Numbered from the stretch's first letter, positions 24,982-40,494 are shown. The stretch: DNA of 64,000 nucleotides from Octopus vulgaris (GCA_951406725.2 OX597823.1:3844001-3908000); one strand, 5' to 3'. Notes: generated from the letters alone by a model not told the origin. Made by a program: numbers and translations.

Positions 24982-27249
24982 TTTATGTGTGTATATCTAT
25001 ATCTATGTGAATACGTGAGTGTCAATGTGTATGTTTGTATACGTGTGTGTGTATACATTTGTGTATGTGTGTGTCTATATATGTGTATGTGAGATTGTAT
25101 CTATACATATGTATGTGTGCATATCTATATATTTGTGTGTGTATGTGTGCATGCATATGCATGTAGCATTTGTAGCATGTATACACACATAGACATATGT
25201 AATATACAGATAATAAAAAAGAGACTCAAATATACCCATAGAGATACATATCTATATACATATGCAATTTTACACACATACATGCATGCATACACACACA
25301 CACATATATATATACATGCATGGAGCCATTCATACATCAATGCATATACACAAACACACACATATGCACACATGCATACACATAGCTATATACACTCATA
25401 GACACACATAAACCTAAACATGCACACGCACACATATATACTATACTTATACATACACACATATATAGATGCGTATATACATACATACTTATGCAACAGT
25501 TATCATTAATAATATTATCCAAATTCTAATATTAGATCCGTTGTTTCTTTGTTAGAAACCAGCCTCTCCTTTGAGTAAGAATTCTAATAAATAAACTAAA
25601 CTATACAACTGATACTTTTTTACTCTTTTATCTGTTTCAGTCATTTGACTGTGGCCATGCTGGGGCATCATGTAAATTCCAATAAAAGGACCTTGGTTCT
25701 GGGCTGGGAAGCATTTTATTTTACTATTAGTGAAGAATGTTAAAAACAAAAAAATTCTATGTACGTGCTCAACACGCATACCTATGTGCACCCAAGAATT
25801 GTTTCAAACTTAGCCACAAGGTAAGCAATTTTAAGAGAAGGGAGCAAGTTCATTACATCGACCCCAGTACTTGCCCAGTAATTTATTTTATCAGCCCCAA
25901 AAGGATAGAAGGCAAAGTTTACATTGGTGGAATTTGAACTCGGAATGCAAGGCATTTTGTCCAACGCATTAATGATTCTGCCAGTTCAGTGTCTATAATA
26001 ATTTCTTTATCTAATGCTTATTCATCTATTTAATATTTAATCCAACTATACCTGGAAATACTTATACCATTATGTTATCTGGGTGCGAACCTTTCTGCTA
26101 AAATTAGCTGCAGTGACTAGTGGAAACGAAAAATATGGAAATATTTAAAATAATTCTGTGATATGAAATAAATGAAGGAATGAATAAATATGTGAGTGAA
26201 TAAGATGAATGAATAAGTAAATAAATGAGATTAAATCATTCATGAATCTTCCCAGCATGTTTTCGTTCTTAAATAACTTCCGTTTCTCCACTCACAACTA
26301 AAGATTCTTTTTTTTACTTCTCTCACACTGAATTAGCATGAATGGAACTAAATTTAATCTCATGTAACACATTGGTCTGTTGGATCATCACCGAAGGTTT
26401 TGTGTTTGCATAAGGGTTGATTTAGCAGAAACTCAAAAAGACTGTAGAATTATTTTGGTATCATTTGTGTGTCATGTTAATTTACTGCTCTTATGGCCTT
26501 CCATATGGTAAAATAGTTCACAATTTATTTTGAAATGAGTAGAAGTGATTATTTCACAAGGCAAACTCTCAAATCCATTTTAAAGGTAGTATTCTGCATT
26601 GTATGTACTAACTGAATTTTATTCTCCCATCATCTGTATTAAATTTCAATGTAAAAACATAGATCAAAGGTTCAAATCCAAGTTAAGTATTCTATGTTGT
26701 TGTTTCTTCTTTCCCATTGTTTCAATCTCTTTAAATCGCATTGGTTCAGCTCCTAGAAAATATTTATACTATTAGTGAATTCATTCTGGATCACTATGTT
26801 CTGAGTTCAAATCCCAATGAAATCAACTTTGCCTTTTGTCTTTTCAGGGTTGATGAAATTAAGTACCAACAAAGTACTGGGAATAACGGTAATGATTACT
26901 CCACCTCCCCTCAAAACTATTGGCCTTGTGCCTAAATCAGAAATCATTGTTAGTGAATGTAAGCCAAAGTGGAGTTTTCCATAACTACATACCCATGCCA
27001 GCATGGAAGGCGGACGTTAAACGATGATGACATACAAATAGGCTCAATATATGCTTCATGTTGGGTGTAATTAATGTTTGTTGCTTAATTACACCACTTG
27101 AAATAAGTATCATTAAGAAAACAGACAAAAAAAGTTTTGAGTTTGAGATCTACCGCCTCATGGTACCTATCTACAGAATATGGTTTAAGAGTTAACAACT
27201 CATCAGCTAGAAGGTGGACAGTGAAATTATTAGGTCAACATAATCATCA

Positions 27250-27406
27250 GATGTGGTTGTGTGGTAAGAAGTTTGCTTCTTGACCACATGGTTCCAGTTT
27301 CAGTCCCACTGTGTGGCACCTTGGGCAAGTACCTTCTACTATAACCTTGGGCTGACTAAAGCCTCATGAGTAGATTTGGCTGACAGAAACTGTAAAAAGC
27401 CCATTG

Positions 27407-27457
<51 letters not shown>

Positions 27458-27695
27458 AGTGAGTGTTTGTTTGTGTGTGTGTCTTTCTGTCTGTGTTTGT
27501 TCCCTTCCCACCAATCGACAACTGGTGTTGGTGTGCTTGCATCCCTGTAACTTAGTGGTTCAGCAAAAGAGACTGACAGAACAAGTACTAGGTTTAAAAA
27601 GTAAGTATTAGTGTTGTTTTGTTCAACTAAAATTCTTCAAGGCTATGCCCCAGCATGGCCACAGTCCAATGACTAAATCAAATAAAAGACAAAAT
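27250..27695 (+). mobile_element. Family A SINE
   Basis: Full-length similarity to 1797-2206. Confidence 0.85.
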
Positions 27696-29559
27696 ATAAA
27701 CACTAATTTCTTTCAACTTGAGATACCCCAAAGACATGTTTTTTTTAAATAATAAGACTGTGCCCCTACACAAACCACTAAAGGAACAAAAAATACCCCT
27801 AATCTTTTTGCCCAACATGCAAATGATTCTGCCAGCTCACTACTTTAAACATATTAAAAATATATGTAAGTATTATATACTGTTGTGGTTGAAAATTGAA
27901 CCCTGGGCTGGGAATTTACATCTTGCCTCTACATTACTGAATATTCTCAGACAAGTAAGTATTTCTTTGTTTTGTGCTCGGCTATAATATTTCTAAGAAA
28001 AGCAATATAATTTATTAAGTCCTTTCTAGTGTATAATGACTAATACTTATTGTATCTACTTTTAGGGATGGTATCATACAAATATTACTTCAGCAGGGAT
28101 TCAAATGAGAAAACAGAGAGGTGTAATTAATACCGAGAACATTTATGTCTATTTGTTGCTTTATTTAAGGTACATTATTATAAAGTAGGAATATATCAGA
28201 ATGTTTGTTTATTGTTTAAATATTTAAATGTCTGAGAGTTGTTGTTGTTAAAGAAATTGTTAAGCTTTCTGATTATTAATTTTATCTTTAAAAGATGACA
28301 CATATTAAAATGTTTACAACTATAGACTAAATTTCAAGCTCATTAATCACTGATCATCATTTGTAGTGATTGAGTATGATCCAAAAGGCTGCGTTAGTAT
28401 TGATAGTTAGTATACATCAAGCATATTACATGGCTTGTATAGATGTCAAAAAGCAGATGATACTCAATCAACGAAGTTTATTAATCAATGTATGTTGTAC
28501 TATTCGTCTTATATTGAATTCGATGAAGATTTCAGAAGATTGCTAATTATACGATTATGAATTAAAGGATGTAGGGAATGGAGAAGGTAAATTCATAGGA
28601 CATATGTTTCCAAGTAAATCTGAACATGTTTTATGTAATTCAAAAGCATAACACATATGTATACACAGCTTAGCTTTTCTACACATATATCTATTACGCT
28701 AGTGTATCTTAAGTAGAAGCTGCATTTTCTTAAGCAACATTCACAGTGTTTGAACCCAGTCCTGTAATATGTACACATATGTACACATCCAATACTTCAA
28801 TAATGAGATATGACAACAATCAAACCAACTGATATAGTGTATAAATCTCAATAATTTTTTTTATAATTCTCTGCACAGCATATGTGAGACCTGCTATCTA
28901 TGTTGTCTTAAGTGTATGCATTACAGACATCTGATATACTTTAACCTCAACTGTATTGTTGGAATATAATGTACTTGTAAAGACTGAATCATTTTTTTAA
29001 ATATCTTGTTGAATAAGCCAATTGGGTGCTGACAATTTGGCTCGGCTGGCTGAATATTCAACCTGTTTTGCTGACAGCACTTTTTGTTGTTGGAGGCAAA
29101 CACATACATGCATACACACACAAAAATATACACATACAAATTAAGTGAAAGAGAGAGAGGGGGGAGAGAGGGAGAGAGAGACATTATACAAACATACAAA
29201 CTAGATGCTCATACACATAAACAGAGAGAGAGAGAGAGAGCTTGAATGAACAAGCAGTGAATCTGCAACACCGTTCTGGTGGTACCTTGATGGCTATGCT
29301 GAAATATCTCATATCCTCATTTTTTAATCTTTAAAAGCAAGTTTAATAATCTGCAAAATTATTGCTTTAATCATTTGTTTGTATTGCATCTGGACATCCG
29401 CTGTAGTTGACAGTAATTTTTCTTCAAACTACTGAATCCTCCACTGTTTTATAAAAAGAATTGTAATCCATAAGTCCTGCTTTGGCTCTCATTTATAGCC
29501 GTCTTATTGCAATCATGTTATTTTGAAGAGAAAAGAAAAAACATCAATATCACACATGA

Positions 29560-30400
29560 TTATTTGTTGTATCTCATGTTATCTCATGTTTCATGCCTGT
29601 GATAGACTTGAATTTTACACTCTATTACTTATTCTCCCATATCTCAGACTTCACATCTTTGTGATATACATGAATATCACAATTTCTGGCTTTATCCTCT
29701 CTATGTAATAAATACAAATTTTGCACAGTTTATTACTCTTTCATACAATATCCAGCTTCACATGTATGTAATAGAAATGAATATCACAAATTTCTTACTC
29801 CATGCGATAAACATGAAGTCATAAATGATCTCTCTATGTGATAAGCATGAGTATCATGATTTTGTTTTGCTCCATCACCTTTCATGAGTATGTAATAAAC
29901 AAGAATATTACACTCTATTTTTTTTAATTCTTCTGTAGTATCTCAGACTTCCCATCTATGTGATGAAAATGAATATCATGCACAATTATTTTCCTTTCAT
30001 AATTATCTCAGGTTTTAAAGTGGTAAGCCGACAGAACATTGAAACAAATTTCTTTGTGATATTTGTTCCAACTCTTTACATTCTGAGTTCAAATCCCACT
30101 GAGGTCTACTTTGTCATCCTTCTTGGGTCAATAAAATAAAGTACCAGTCAAATACTGGAGTCTACGCAACTAATTATCCACCCTCCCCTAAAACTGCTGG
30201 CTTTGTGCTGAAACTGGAATAATTATCTCGGGCTTCTTGTCAATGTGCTAAACACCAACAGCTTACAAAACTCTCCGCTCATTCACATTATGTAAAGTTT
30301 CTTGTACATGAGCTAGATATAGATATCACATACAGTATCCTGCTTTTATCTCAGGTTCCATGGCTATGTGTTAAATATGGACACTGTATGGAATATCTTT
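29560..30400. repeat. Highly degenerate minisatellite-like array, interrupted by a SINE (~30020-30220)
   Basis: The motif atctcag.cttc.cat.t.tgtgata.a.atgaatatca recurs about ten times at irregular 30-70 bp spacing. Confidence 0.6.
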
Positions 30401-30443
30401 CTAATATATCAGGTTCCATAAGTTGTTATAAAACAATCCTTAA

Positions 30444-30664
30444 CCCTTTCGTTACCGTATTTCTGTTGAGATGCTCTGTGTTTCTTTAAATTACTTTAAA
30501 TATAACAAAGAATTTAGTAAAATAACTTAGTTATCATTAAGCTAGTGTTAGGAACATAAATTGTGACTAAGGAATGGTGTAAGATTTTAATTCAAAACTT
30601 ATGAAAACAAGACATTTGTACTACAGAGCCAGAGCTGGTTTCAGTCGGGTTGGTAACGAAAGGG
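30444..30664 (+). mobile_element. piggyBac-like MITE
   Basis: Perfect TIR ccctttcgttacc / ggtaacgaaaggg with TTAA on both sides. Confidence 0.92.
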
Positions 30665-30904
30665 TTAATATATCTGCTCCATAAACAGTTGGGAGTATTA
30701 ATAAAATATGATTAGTACATTTAGTACCAGTTACAAATAACCACACATATATGCACATTCACATAACATACTCATGCATATAAATACATGTATATATCTA
30801 CAAGCACCATTTCCATCTATATATATATATTTGCATTCACATACACTTGCAGAAACACATCAGTTTATCTGCATATAAATAAACATAAACACACACATAA
30901 ATGA

Positions 30905-30951
<47 letters not shown>

Positions 30952-31706
30952 CTGTAGTTAATGTGTCAGCAGGGGTTGAATCCATTAGTTTTACCAAACC
31001 TTTCAAATTTTGCTCCACAGACGGTTTTCTCCCCACCCTCACACACACACCCATATATACACATATGAACATACATCGTTAATATACATATATACATACG
31101 TATATATATACACACACACACATATATATATACACACACCTACAAATATGCATATATATATATATATACATACATAGTTAATCCAAACATGAACAAAGAG
31201 AAAATACATGTGTATACACACAAACACATGTATGTATACATACACATATATATATGCATATATTCAATTCACATGTAAGATATATTCCAAGAAAAGCACA
31301 TATAATTATATAGTTTAGCACATGTATGTATATATCCGTGTATGTATGTATGTTTGTATTTTCATATGTGTGTATATATATAGGCATGCATGTATCTATG
31401 ACTAAGCAGAGCAGTTACTCAGATTAGGTGTCGTCCATTAGATAAGATCATCCTTAAGAATATTTAAGATATCTTTCCATTCCTATATACCCATACACAC
31501 ACATATGTGTGTGTATGCATCTATGTATGTTTGCATTTATGTGTATACATACATACGTATGTATGTTCATATATTTATGTATGCAAACATGTATATATAT
31601 GTGTGTGTCTGTATGTATATGCACACGTGTGTGTATATGTATGTCTGTATATTTATGTATGCATGCATGTATATATGTATGTGTGTGTATGCATGCTTAT
31701 GTATGC

Positions 31707-31738
<32 letters not shown>

Positions 31739-32316
31739 GCATGTATGTGTGTGTATATGTGTGTGTATACACACACACACACATACAGATCTTATCAAAT
31801 TATATGATACTTTTGGGAAATTATTCTTTGTCGTTTATTACATAATGAGAAGAGATAAGCAGCACACAAGCTGAGATTGAGAGGCAAAAGGGGCCACCTG
31901 GACAAGCTACAGTACTATCAGCTATGTGTTCTAATCCACCTTGAGCAATTTTGTTGTTTTCACTGCACATTCAAATGGTGCCTCTACATTCTCTCAGTTC
32001 GTTTATTGGAACCAAGTGGAGTAGATGTAGTCAAAGTAGAAATTGTGGAAAATATCATTTGTAATAGACTAACATCCCATCCAAGTGGACATTCATCTCT
32101 CATCTGCTTAGAATTGAGCATTGGCCTGACAGTGTTAATGATTTCTGAAAGGACTTAAATTGTAACCATTTTGTTATTGTTACAGTAGTAGTAGTAGTAG
32201 TAGTTTTAGCTCCAGGTAGGACTTGCTGAGAATACCTATGATCAAATGTGTTCCAACAATGGCCATCCCATCTTTCTTTTTGAAGTATTAGATATCCCGT
32301 TCTATCACATATAACC

Positions 32317-32684
32317 TTACTCTTTTACTTGTTTCAGTCATTTGACTGTGGCCATGCTGGAGCACCGCCTTTAGTTGAGCAAATCAACCCCAGGACTTAT
32401 TCTTTGTAAGCCTGGTACTTATTATAAGTTACGGGGACGTAAACACACCAACATCGGTTGTCAAGTGATATTGGGGGGACAAACATACACACACACACAC
32501 ACATATATATATACATATATACGACGGGCTTCTTTCAGTTTCTGTCTACCAAATCTATTCACAAGGCTTTGGTTGGCCCGAGGCTATAGTAGAAGACACT
32601 TACCCAAGGTGCCATGCAGTGGGACTGAACCCGGAACCATGTGGTTCGTAAGCAAGCTACTTACCCCACAGCCACTCCTGTGCC
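32317..32684 (-). mobile_element. Family A SINE
   Basis: Reverse complement of 1797-2206 with an internal deletion. Confidence 0.85.
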
Positions 32685-32700
32685 TAAAAAATGAAGGGAA

Positions 32701-32911
32701 CCTTTTGATATCAACCCAGCTGAAACTAGCTCTGGCTCTCTAGTACAAATGTCTTGTTTTCATAAGTTTTGAATTAAAATCTTCCATCAAACCTTTATGT
32801 TCCTGACATTAGCTTAATGATAACTAAGTTATTTTACTAATTTCCTTGTTATATTTAAAATCAATTGAAAGAAACACAAAGCATCTCAAAATGAATACAG
32901 TAACGAAAGGG
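32701..32911 (-). mobile_element. piggyBac-like MITE
   Basis: Same family as 30444-30664; right end gtaacgaaaggg-ttaa. Confidence 0.8.
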
Positions 32912-33182
32912 TTAAAGACAGTACAGTGTGATTTGAGGGAGATCTTTCCTAGCTGGTGAAGAAACCGCATGAGGGCTCCTTCATTAGCAATAACCCTTTT
33001 ATTTTATTCTATTAACAACACTGGACCACTAGAAAGCAGTGGGATCCATACAAAGAGAAGACATACCTCAGTTTTGATTCCAAGGTTATTTCACTTCATT
33101 TGTCTTGTATTTGAAGAAGACATTAGTGCCACATATTCTCAATTATTCAAGGTATTAACCTCAGATCTAATACCATATCCAA

Positions 33183-33397
33183 CCCTTTAGCATTCAGATT
33201 ATTTTGTCAAATGTAATATTTATTCACATTGTTTTGAATTAATCATGCAATATCACTTAGCTTCCAGATTTCAATGATGTGATCGTTTATTTTTAGATGA
33301 CATTGTAGGGTAGTTGTGAGAGGCCAGATGTGGTCAGTTTGAACATAAGAGAGGCAGAATATTTGGGCTGGATATGGCTGGTATAAATGCTAAAGAG
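33183..33397. mobile_element. Second piggyBac-like MITE family
   Basis: TIR ccctttagcatt / aatgctaaagag with degenerate TTAA flanks. Confidence 0.65.
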
Positions 33398-34678
33398 TTA
33401 GTGTTTCTTCTGCCATTCTGCCATTTTCACTGCTACAATTCTATCCCTCAATAAACACCAATTTAATGAATGTGTGTGTGTGTGTGTGTATGTGTGTGTA
33501 CAAGCACGTGTGCATGCATGTGCTAAATGTTTGTTATTTTGGTGAACAAGCACAATAAATTAAATCCAGACCATTTACATTCAAGAGCACAATTACTGGC
33601 ATTCCTTGTCAAAAATGGATTTTTATTGAATTTATTGCTTAAATTAGCATCTACAGAAATAAATTTTGGTCAATGTAGGCACAATTGTTTAAGGAACACC
33701 AGACAAAAGTTAAATTTCCAGTCAGAGGCTACAGAAGACACTTGCCCAAGTTTTTACACATTGGGACTGTGTATAAGTTTTTAATAATTTTCTTATTCTG
33801 TGTATTCAATACAAAATGTAGATATCACTCAATCGAGATGTGCAACATTCTGTATTTTGTCATATCCTGACTAGTCATGAAATGCTTTAGATGGATTTAC
33901 AAGAATTCTTAATACACAAAATGTGGTGATTAGCAGAATTTACTGCAGTAAACAACAAAATATCTTGTAGAATTTCATCTTACCCTATTATATTCTAGAT
34001 TCCAGTTAGATTTGAACCTTGTACATCATCCTTCAGGGAATCAATAAAATACTTACCAATCAAATATTCAAATTGGTTTAATGAAATAAACCCTCCAGCA
34101 AAATATGTGGCCATTTGCTTATATTAAAAAAATTAATAATTTTTTGAATGAAAAATTGGTGAATATGAAACTAAAAATGCTTAATCTTTATGTCATGACA
34201 AGCAGAAATGTTGGTTAAACTGTTATAAATATTTCAATGCAATTTCTGATGAACACTGCTTAATTTTGGTGTCAGAATATTTATTTTAGATGTTAGATAA
34301 GTACTTTTGGCTTAAGCATAGTCCTTCATCATTTCCTCTGAGACGATAAAATCTGTCAATGTCACCACTTCTGTGAAAGTTTACACTTGAAGTTAAACCG
34401 CACAGATTTTGAAATGAATGAAACGGATTTCCTCCATAGTCCAATCAAGAATCCTAAATATGTAGGATGTCTATATGTAGGCATGTATTAGGTATATGTA
34501 TGCATGTATGTATGTTTGTCTATGTGTATGCATGTATATATATATATATATATATGTGTGTGAATGTCTATGTGTGTGTGCGTGCATGCATGCATGCATG
34601 TGTGTATTATGTCTTTGTATGGGTGGATGTATTACTATATGTATTTGCATAGTGTATGTTTGAATGGATATATGTGTG

Positions 34679-34733
<55 letters not shown>

Positions 34734-35529
34734 TGAGTCTGTCTGTATGTTGGTGTATATTTATATCAATTTGTGCATGTGTAATACTAAAAGTATTAAC
34801 CAAAGTAATTTTCTTTACATCATTGTGATTGGTTTGTCTTTTATTTTTATCTGTGGGGAAATAATCATGCTGAATGTATTTCAGAGCAATAATAATGATG
34901 ATGATGATGATGATTTAAGCTAAGGCCACCAGTTTTGAGAATAGGTGGTCAGTTCATACAATTAACCTCTGTACTTCACTGCTACTTTATTTTACCAACC
35001 ACGAATTATGAAAGGCAAAATTGACTTTGGCAAGAATTGACCTCAGGATTGCCATATTGATTCTGTCAGTTCACATAGTAACAACAACAACAACAACAAC
35101 AAGGGTGATCCAATTGCTAATATATGTTTCTGCTTTAATCTCATCAGTACACTTTGCCTTTCCTATTATTTGTAAAATTTGAACTATTTACAGATTTATC
35201 AAATAGAATTTGATGATGTTTCCTTTTCCAGAATTGACAACATTCAACAACATAATTTATTCCATGTATGAAGTATGTGTGTGAGGATTGCTTCAAAGAG
35301 AAAAACCATGTGTGTTTTGTACCAAGATAGTGGGGATCTCTAAGTGATGGCTAGACCTGCTAAGAATAGCAGCTGCACTGCCCTTAAAATATTACCCTAC
35401 TGTCTTACATCTAAATTACGGTCTCAATCATTCTTTTTTTTTTTTTTCGCCTATAGACCTCCTTTGATTCCAATTTGACTCTATTGGTCCCCCGTAGCTG
35501 ATTGATGTTTAAGAAAATCCTATTATAAA

Positions 35530-35928
35530 GATGACCTCTGGATGCTGAACCTTTCAGATGAGATGACAAAGGACCAAGATAACTGGTGCTTTGCTGTACT
35601 CGAGATGACCCATCCGTCGCAGCAGAAGTATTAAGGCTGCATCCCATGGGGAAGAGGATTAGCCTACATGAGTCATGTAAAAAGCACATAAAAGCCACAT
35701 AGAAAGCACACATGTTGGTGCCACGTAAAAGCGGTTATGCTGGTGCCACATTAAAAGCACCCAGCACACACTGTAGAGTGGCTGGCATTAGGAATGGCAT
35801 CCAACCATAGAAACCAAACTAAATCACACTGGAACCTGGTGCAGCTTGCCAGTACTGGTCAAACCGTCCAACATATGCCAGGGTGGAAAACAGATATTAA
35901 AGGATGATGATGATGATGATGATGATGA
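35530..35928 (+). mobile_element. RTE 3' end
   Basis: LNLSDEMTKDQDNWCFAVLE remnant, aaaagcac repeats, (gat)n tail. Confidence 0.7.
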
Positions 35929-36272
35929 CAATTATATTAGGAATTGTAGAAAAAAAAATTGTTAAAATGTTTTGTGTATTGTAGAAGTATAACCAGTTTA
36001 TTGCAAATAAATTTTAACAACAAAATCTTATGTGAACCCCAAAGGGTCATATGAACCCCAGTTGAGAACCACTGCTCTGAATCAATAGTTCCCACCCTTT
36101 TACTAATTTAACTTAATTTGGTAAATCAATAATTCTCTGGGATCTTTTTATAAATATTTAAGTGAACAAAAATAATATCATCAGCTCACAGCTTGCTACC
36201 ATGGTGATTTAACAAAGGCAAAGAATCAGCTGAAAACTGAAGACAAAGCATTTAAATGGAAAAAAAATATGT

Positions 36273-36440
36273 ATAGGCACAGGCATGGCTGTGTGGCAAA
36301 AAGTTTGCTTCCCAACCACATGGTTCCAGGTTCAGTCTCATTGCTTGGCATCTTCGGCAAGTGTCTTCCACTATAGACTAGGGCTGATTAAAGCCTTGTC
36401 AGTGGATTTGGTAGATGGAAACTGAAAGAAGCCCATTGTA

Positions 36441-36507
<67 letters not shown>

Positions 36508-36720
36508 GCGCCTTTGTACCTGTGTCCCCGACCACTGCTTAACAACCAGTGTTGGTTTGTTTCATCCCTGTAACTTAATGGTTCAACAAAAGAGATGGAT
36601 AGAATAAGTACCAGGCTTTAATAAAAAGTACTGGGATTGATTCGTTCAACTAAAAACTTTTCAAGGTGGTGCCCCAGCATGGCCGCAGTCTAATGACTGA
36701 AACAAATAAAAGATAAAAAG
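36273..36720 (+). mobile_element. Family A SINE
   Basis: Full-length similarity to 1797-2206. Confidence 0.85.
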
Positions 36721-36860
36721 ATGTCCATTGAGAACATTACATGTTGGATGTAGTGAAAGATATTTTCAGGACATTAAAGAACATAACCATTTAGAAAAAG
36801 TGAAATGTAGGCAAACAACAACCAGTGAGTGTGCTTATAGGATTTATCACTAATCACTTT

Positions 36861-38400
36861 TCATCATCATCATCATCATCGTTTAATGTCCGTTTTCCAT
36901 GCTGGCATGGTTGGATGGTTCGACTGGGGTCTGGGAAGCCAGGAGGCTGCACCAGGCTCCAGTCTGATCAGGCAGTGTTTCTACAGCTAGATGCCCTTCC
37001 TAACGCCAACCACTCTGTGAGTGTAGTGGGTGCTTTTTACGTGCCACCAGCCAGGTGCCAGGCGAGGCTGGCAATGACCACGATCAGTTGGTGCTTTTTA
37101 CGTGCCACTGGCATGGAAGCCAGTCAAAGTGGTGCTGGCATCAGCCACGTTCAGATGGTGCTTTTTACGTGAGCAATATTAGTTTCAACATGCAGTTTCA
37201 GGTCGATGTTCTTGCAAAATAAATTTGAAAAGCAAATTTCAAAAAAATTTAGTTAAATTAACTTTGGATAATTTTCTTGAACAAATATACCTTGGATTTT
37301 GTTTGCAAAATCTCTCGTAGGCCTTCTGCCTATAGTCTATCTTATACAAAGTTAAAATTATTCATGCCCACTTTTTGGTACAATGCTAATTAACAAATCA
37401 TTATCTATGCAAATTAGAACAACTAATTACTCTCTATGTGTATGCATACACGCAAACATAATACACACACATATTACTAGCACTCTAATCAGTCAATACA
37501 AGGATCAATACAACAGCCTGCTTGTGGAATTAATTTGCAAGTAACTGAGCACTCCACAGATGCACATACTCTTAACATCGTTCTCAAGGAGGTTCAGCAT
37601 AATACGGAATGGGACAAGGTTAGCCCTTTGAATTACAAGTACAACTCATTTTTGCCAGTTGAGTGGACTGGAGCAACGTGGAATAAAGTGTTTTGCTGAA
37701 GGACACAACATGCTGTTGGGAATCAAACACAATTGTGAGCCAAATACCTAAACCTCTAAGTCATGTGCCTTCACATACATATAAATATATATGTCTACAT
37801 ATATATACATGTATACATATATGTATACACATGTATATATGTATACATCATCATCATCGTTTAACGTCCGTTTTCCATGCTAGCATGGGTTGGACAGTTC
37901 GACCAGGGTCTGGGAAGCCAGGAGGCTGCACCAGGCCCAGTTTGATCTGGCAGTGTTTCTACAGCTAGATGCCCTTCCTAACGCCAACCACTCTGTGAGT
38001 GTAGTGGGTGCTTTTTACGTGCCACCGGCACAGAAACCAGAGGAGGCTGGCAAACGGCCACAATCAGTTGGTGCTTTTACGTGTCACTGACATGGATGCC
38101 AGTCGGGCAGCGCTGGCATCTGCCCCGTTCGGACGGTGTCACTGGCACGGGTATCTTAACTGCAAATTCCATTTGATTTTCATTTTGATATTGGTGTTAA
38201 CGTACTTGACTCAATAGGTCTCCTCAAGAACAGCGGGTGGTCTCCATAAATACACACACACACACACATATATATGTATGTATACATATATCATCATCAT
38301 TATTATTTAACGTCTGCTCTCCATGCTAGCATAAGTTGGACAATTTGAGTGAGGACTGGCCAACTAGATGGCTGCACCAGGCTCCAATCTGATCTGGCAG
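36861..38400 (-). mobile_element. Cluster of three RTE 3' UTR copies (36861-37172, 37846-38240, 38290-38400) and a tRNA-SINE (~37500-37772)
   Basis: (cat)n-ttaacgtccgttttccatgct...gatgcccttcctaacgccaac repeated. Confidence 0.8.
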
Positions 38401-38615
38401 ATCAGATCGATCCAGTATCAAACAATGGTTCTGGATTAATTTTCTTTTTTTTTTTTACTTAATTTTTGAGAGCAGTCAGATTCATTTTTAGTATGCTCAT
38501 TTGTGAGAGCATTTGAGTTAATTTCAGACATTCTCATTTTAAAAATCATCTCTGGCTAATCATTGGGAGAACATTGGTGTTGCCTTGGCAGAGGTTTGTG
38601 CTCTCTGAGTGCTCC

Positions 38616-38649
<34 letters not shown>

Positions 38650-39807
38650 GGTCAAGCAGACCTATAATGAGAAGATGTCTTGACCCTGGCATAACCATTG
38701 TACTATTTGATCAGAAACTGTTTATGAGGAACCACATTAGTCAGTATTCTGCTTCTTTGTTAAAATGGCAGGATGTAATCTGAGGGTGATTTAGCTTCTA
38801 TTTCTGACAAGTGTATTGTCCATGTTGAGGCTTCCTTGCTGGCTCATAAAAATAGATGGAAAATAGCTGGCTAGGTGGAAAGACAGAAGGATGCATGCAT
38901 CCATGCATGGACGGACAGGTGAATGGATACATGGGTGGAAGGAGGGAGAGATGGATAGTTAGATAGATAATTATATGTAAATTATACAGCATCCAGCCAA
39001 AGAAGTTTGTGATAGTCCCAAAGGATATAGAATGATGGAGAGATCTCCATCACCTGGCTGCAAATTCTTTGAGTGAGACAAAAAAAGTTAAAGCGCATCG
39101 AGGATGGCACAAAGCAAAGAAAACACTGGTCACCATTGCTGAAGAACTACCAATGAACCTGTGCAGAGAAGGTCACCAAAGGTTTCAAGCAAATCTGGTT
39201 TTCCACAGTTATATGAAAACTAGCATAAATTAGATGGCAAGATAAAAATAAAGGAATTGGCCTGGACAATGTCTTGGTTTGAGAAAGTTCAGAACAACAA
39301 TTACAGTGTCTGAGTAGTCAGGGGAGGTAATTTGCACCTAATGATTAGATTACTTCCAAAATACCTTCTATTCATGGAATAGAAATCCACAATGATGACA
39401 ACAGCAGGAGAGTAGTGAAGGGGATGGGGGTGATAATTATATTTATTAACACTCCATGATTAGATTATTTCCAAAATGCCTTTTATTCAGGGAATGTTGA
39501 TAACATCTGTCAACACAATTAACATTAACATTTTCCCCCCTTCTTTCCACAACCTGCTCCCATTTTTTTGGTATGTGTTTGAGAGTGAGCAATGAGTGGG
39601 GGCTGAATTAAACCCTATATCTCACCCTTTATATTTCATTTACTTCTCCAAACTAGTTTATTCTTTCTTCATTTATTAGGTTTCAGTCTCCTCATTATAC
39701 TCCCAATAATCACTTTAGTCTTGTACTGATTATATCAGTCACTGTTTGTAGAATCACTATGTTACCGAACATAAAGGATTGCACACACACACACACACAA
39801 ACTATAT

Positions 39808-40192
39808 ATATGGCTGTGTCGTAAGAAGCTTGCTTTCCAACCACATGGTTCAGGGTTCAATCCCAGTGTATAGCACATTGGGCAAGTGTCTTCTATTATA
39901 GCCTTGTCAGTAGATTTGGTAGATGGAAACTGAAAGAAATGCATTGTGTATATGTATATATATATCTATGTATGTGTGTGTTTGTGTTTTTCTTTGTCTC
40001 TCCACCCCACTTGACAACCAGTACTGGTGTGTTTATGTCCCTGTAACTTAGCAATTCATCAAAAGAGACTAATAGAATAAGTACCAAGCTTTTAAAAAAT
40101 AAGTACTCGGGTCAATACATTCAACTAAAAATTCTTCAAGGCAGTGCCCCAGCATAGCTGCAGTCTAATGACTGAAACAAGTAAAAGATAAA

Positions 40193-40195
<3 letters not shown>
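39808..40195 (+). mobile_element. Family A SINE
   Basis: Similarity to 1797-2206. Confidence 0.82.
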
Positions 40196-40238
<43 letters not shown>

Positions 40239-40310
40239 GAGTAAGCACATAAATGCAAGACAAGGTGGGGAAAATAGTACTTGAATACTAAAAGGAGAGT
40301 AATATTCTTT

Positions 40311-40494
40311 TTTTATTAAAGCTGCAGAAACATCACGAAAACTGTTATTCAGAATTTCACATTCCCATTCGTCGAACAGTTGCGATCAAGACAGAAACAA
40401 AATTTTATTCCAGTCTTGATCACAGCTGTCCAACAAATGGGAACTTAAAATTCTGGGTAACAATTTTTTGTGATTTTTTGCAGGTTTAATAAAA
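40311..40494. repeat. Inverted pair of PLE terminal repeats, each with a decayed HHR (40342-40379 minus, 40426-40463 plus)
   Basis: Imperfect palindrome; the arms are homologous to the HHR region at 807-880 and 50512-50590. Confidence 0.7.

Noticed and set aside
38990-39230. Coding-looking unique segment (also ~42700-42900 and ~19620-19730)
   Set aside because: Broken frames resembling very old LINE C-termini; too decayed to call.
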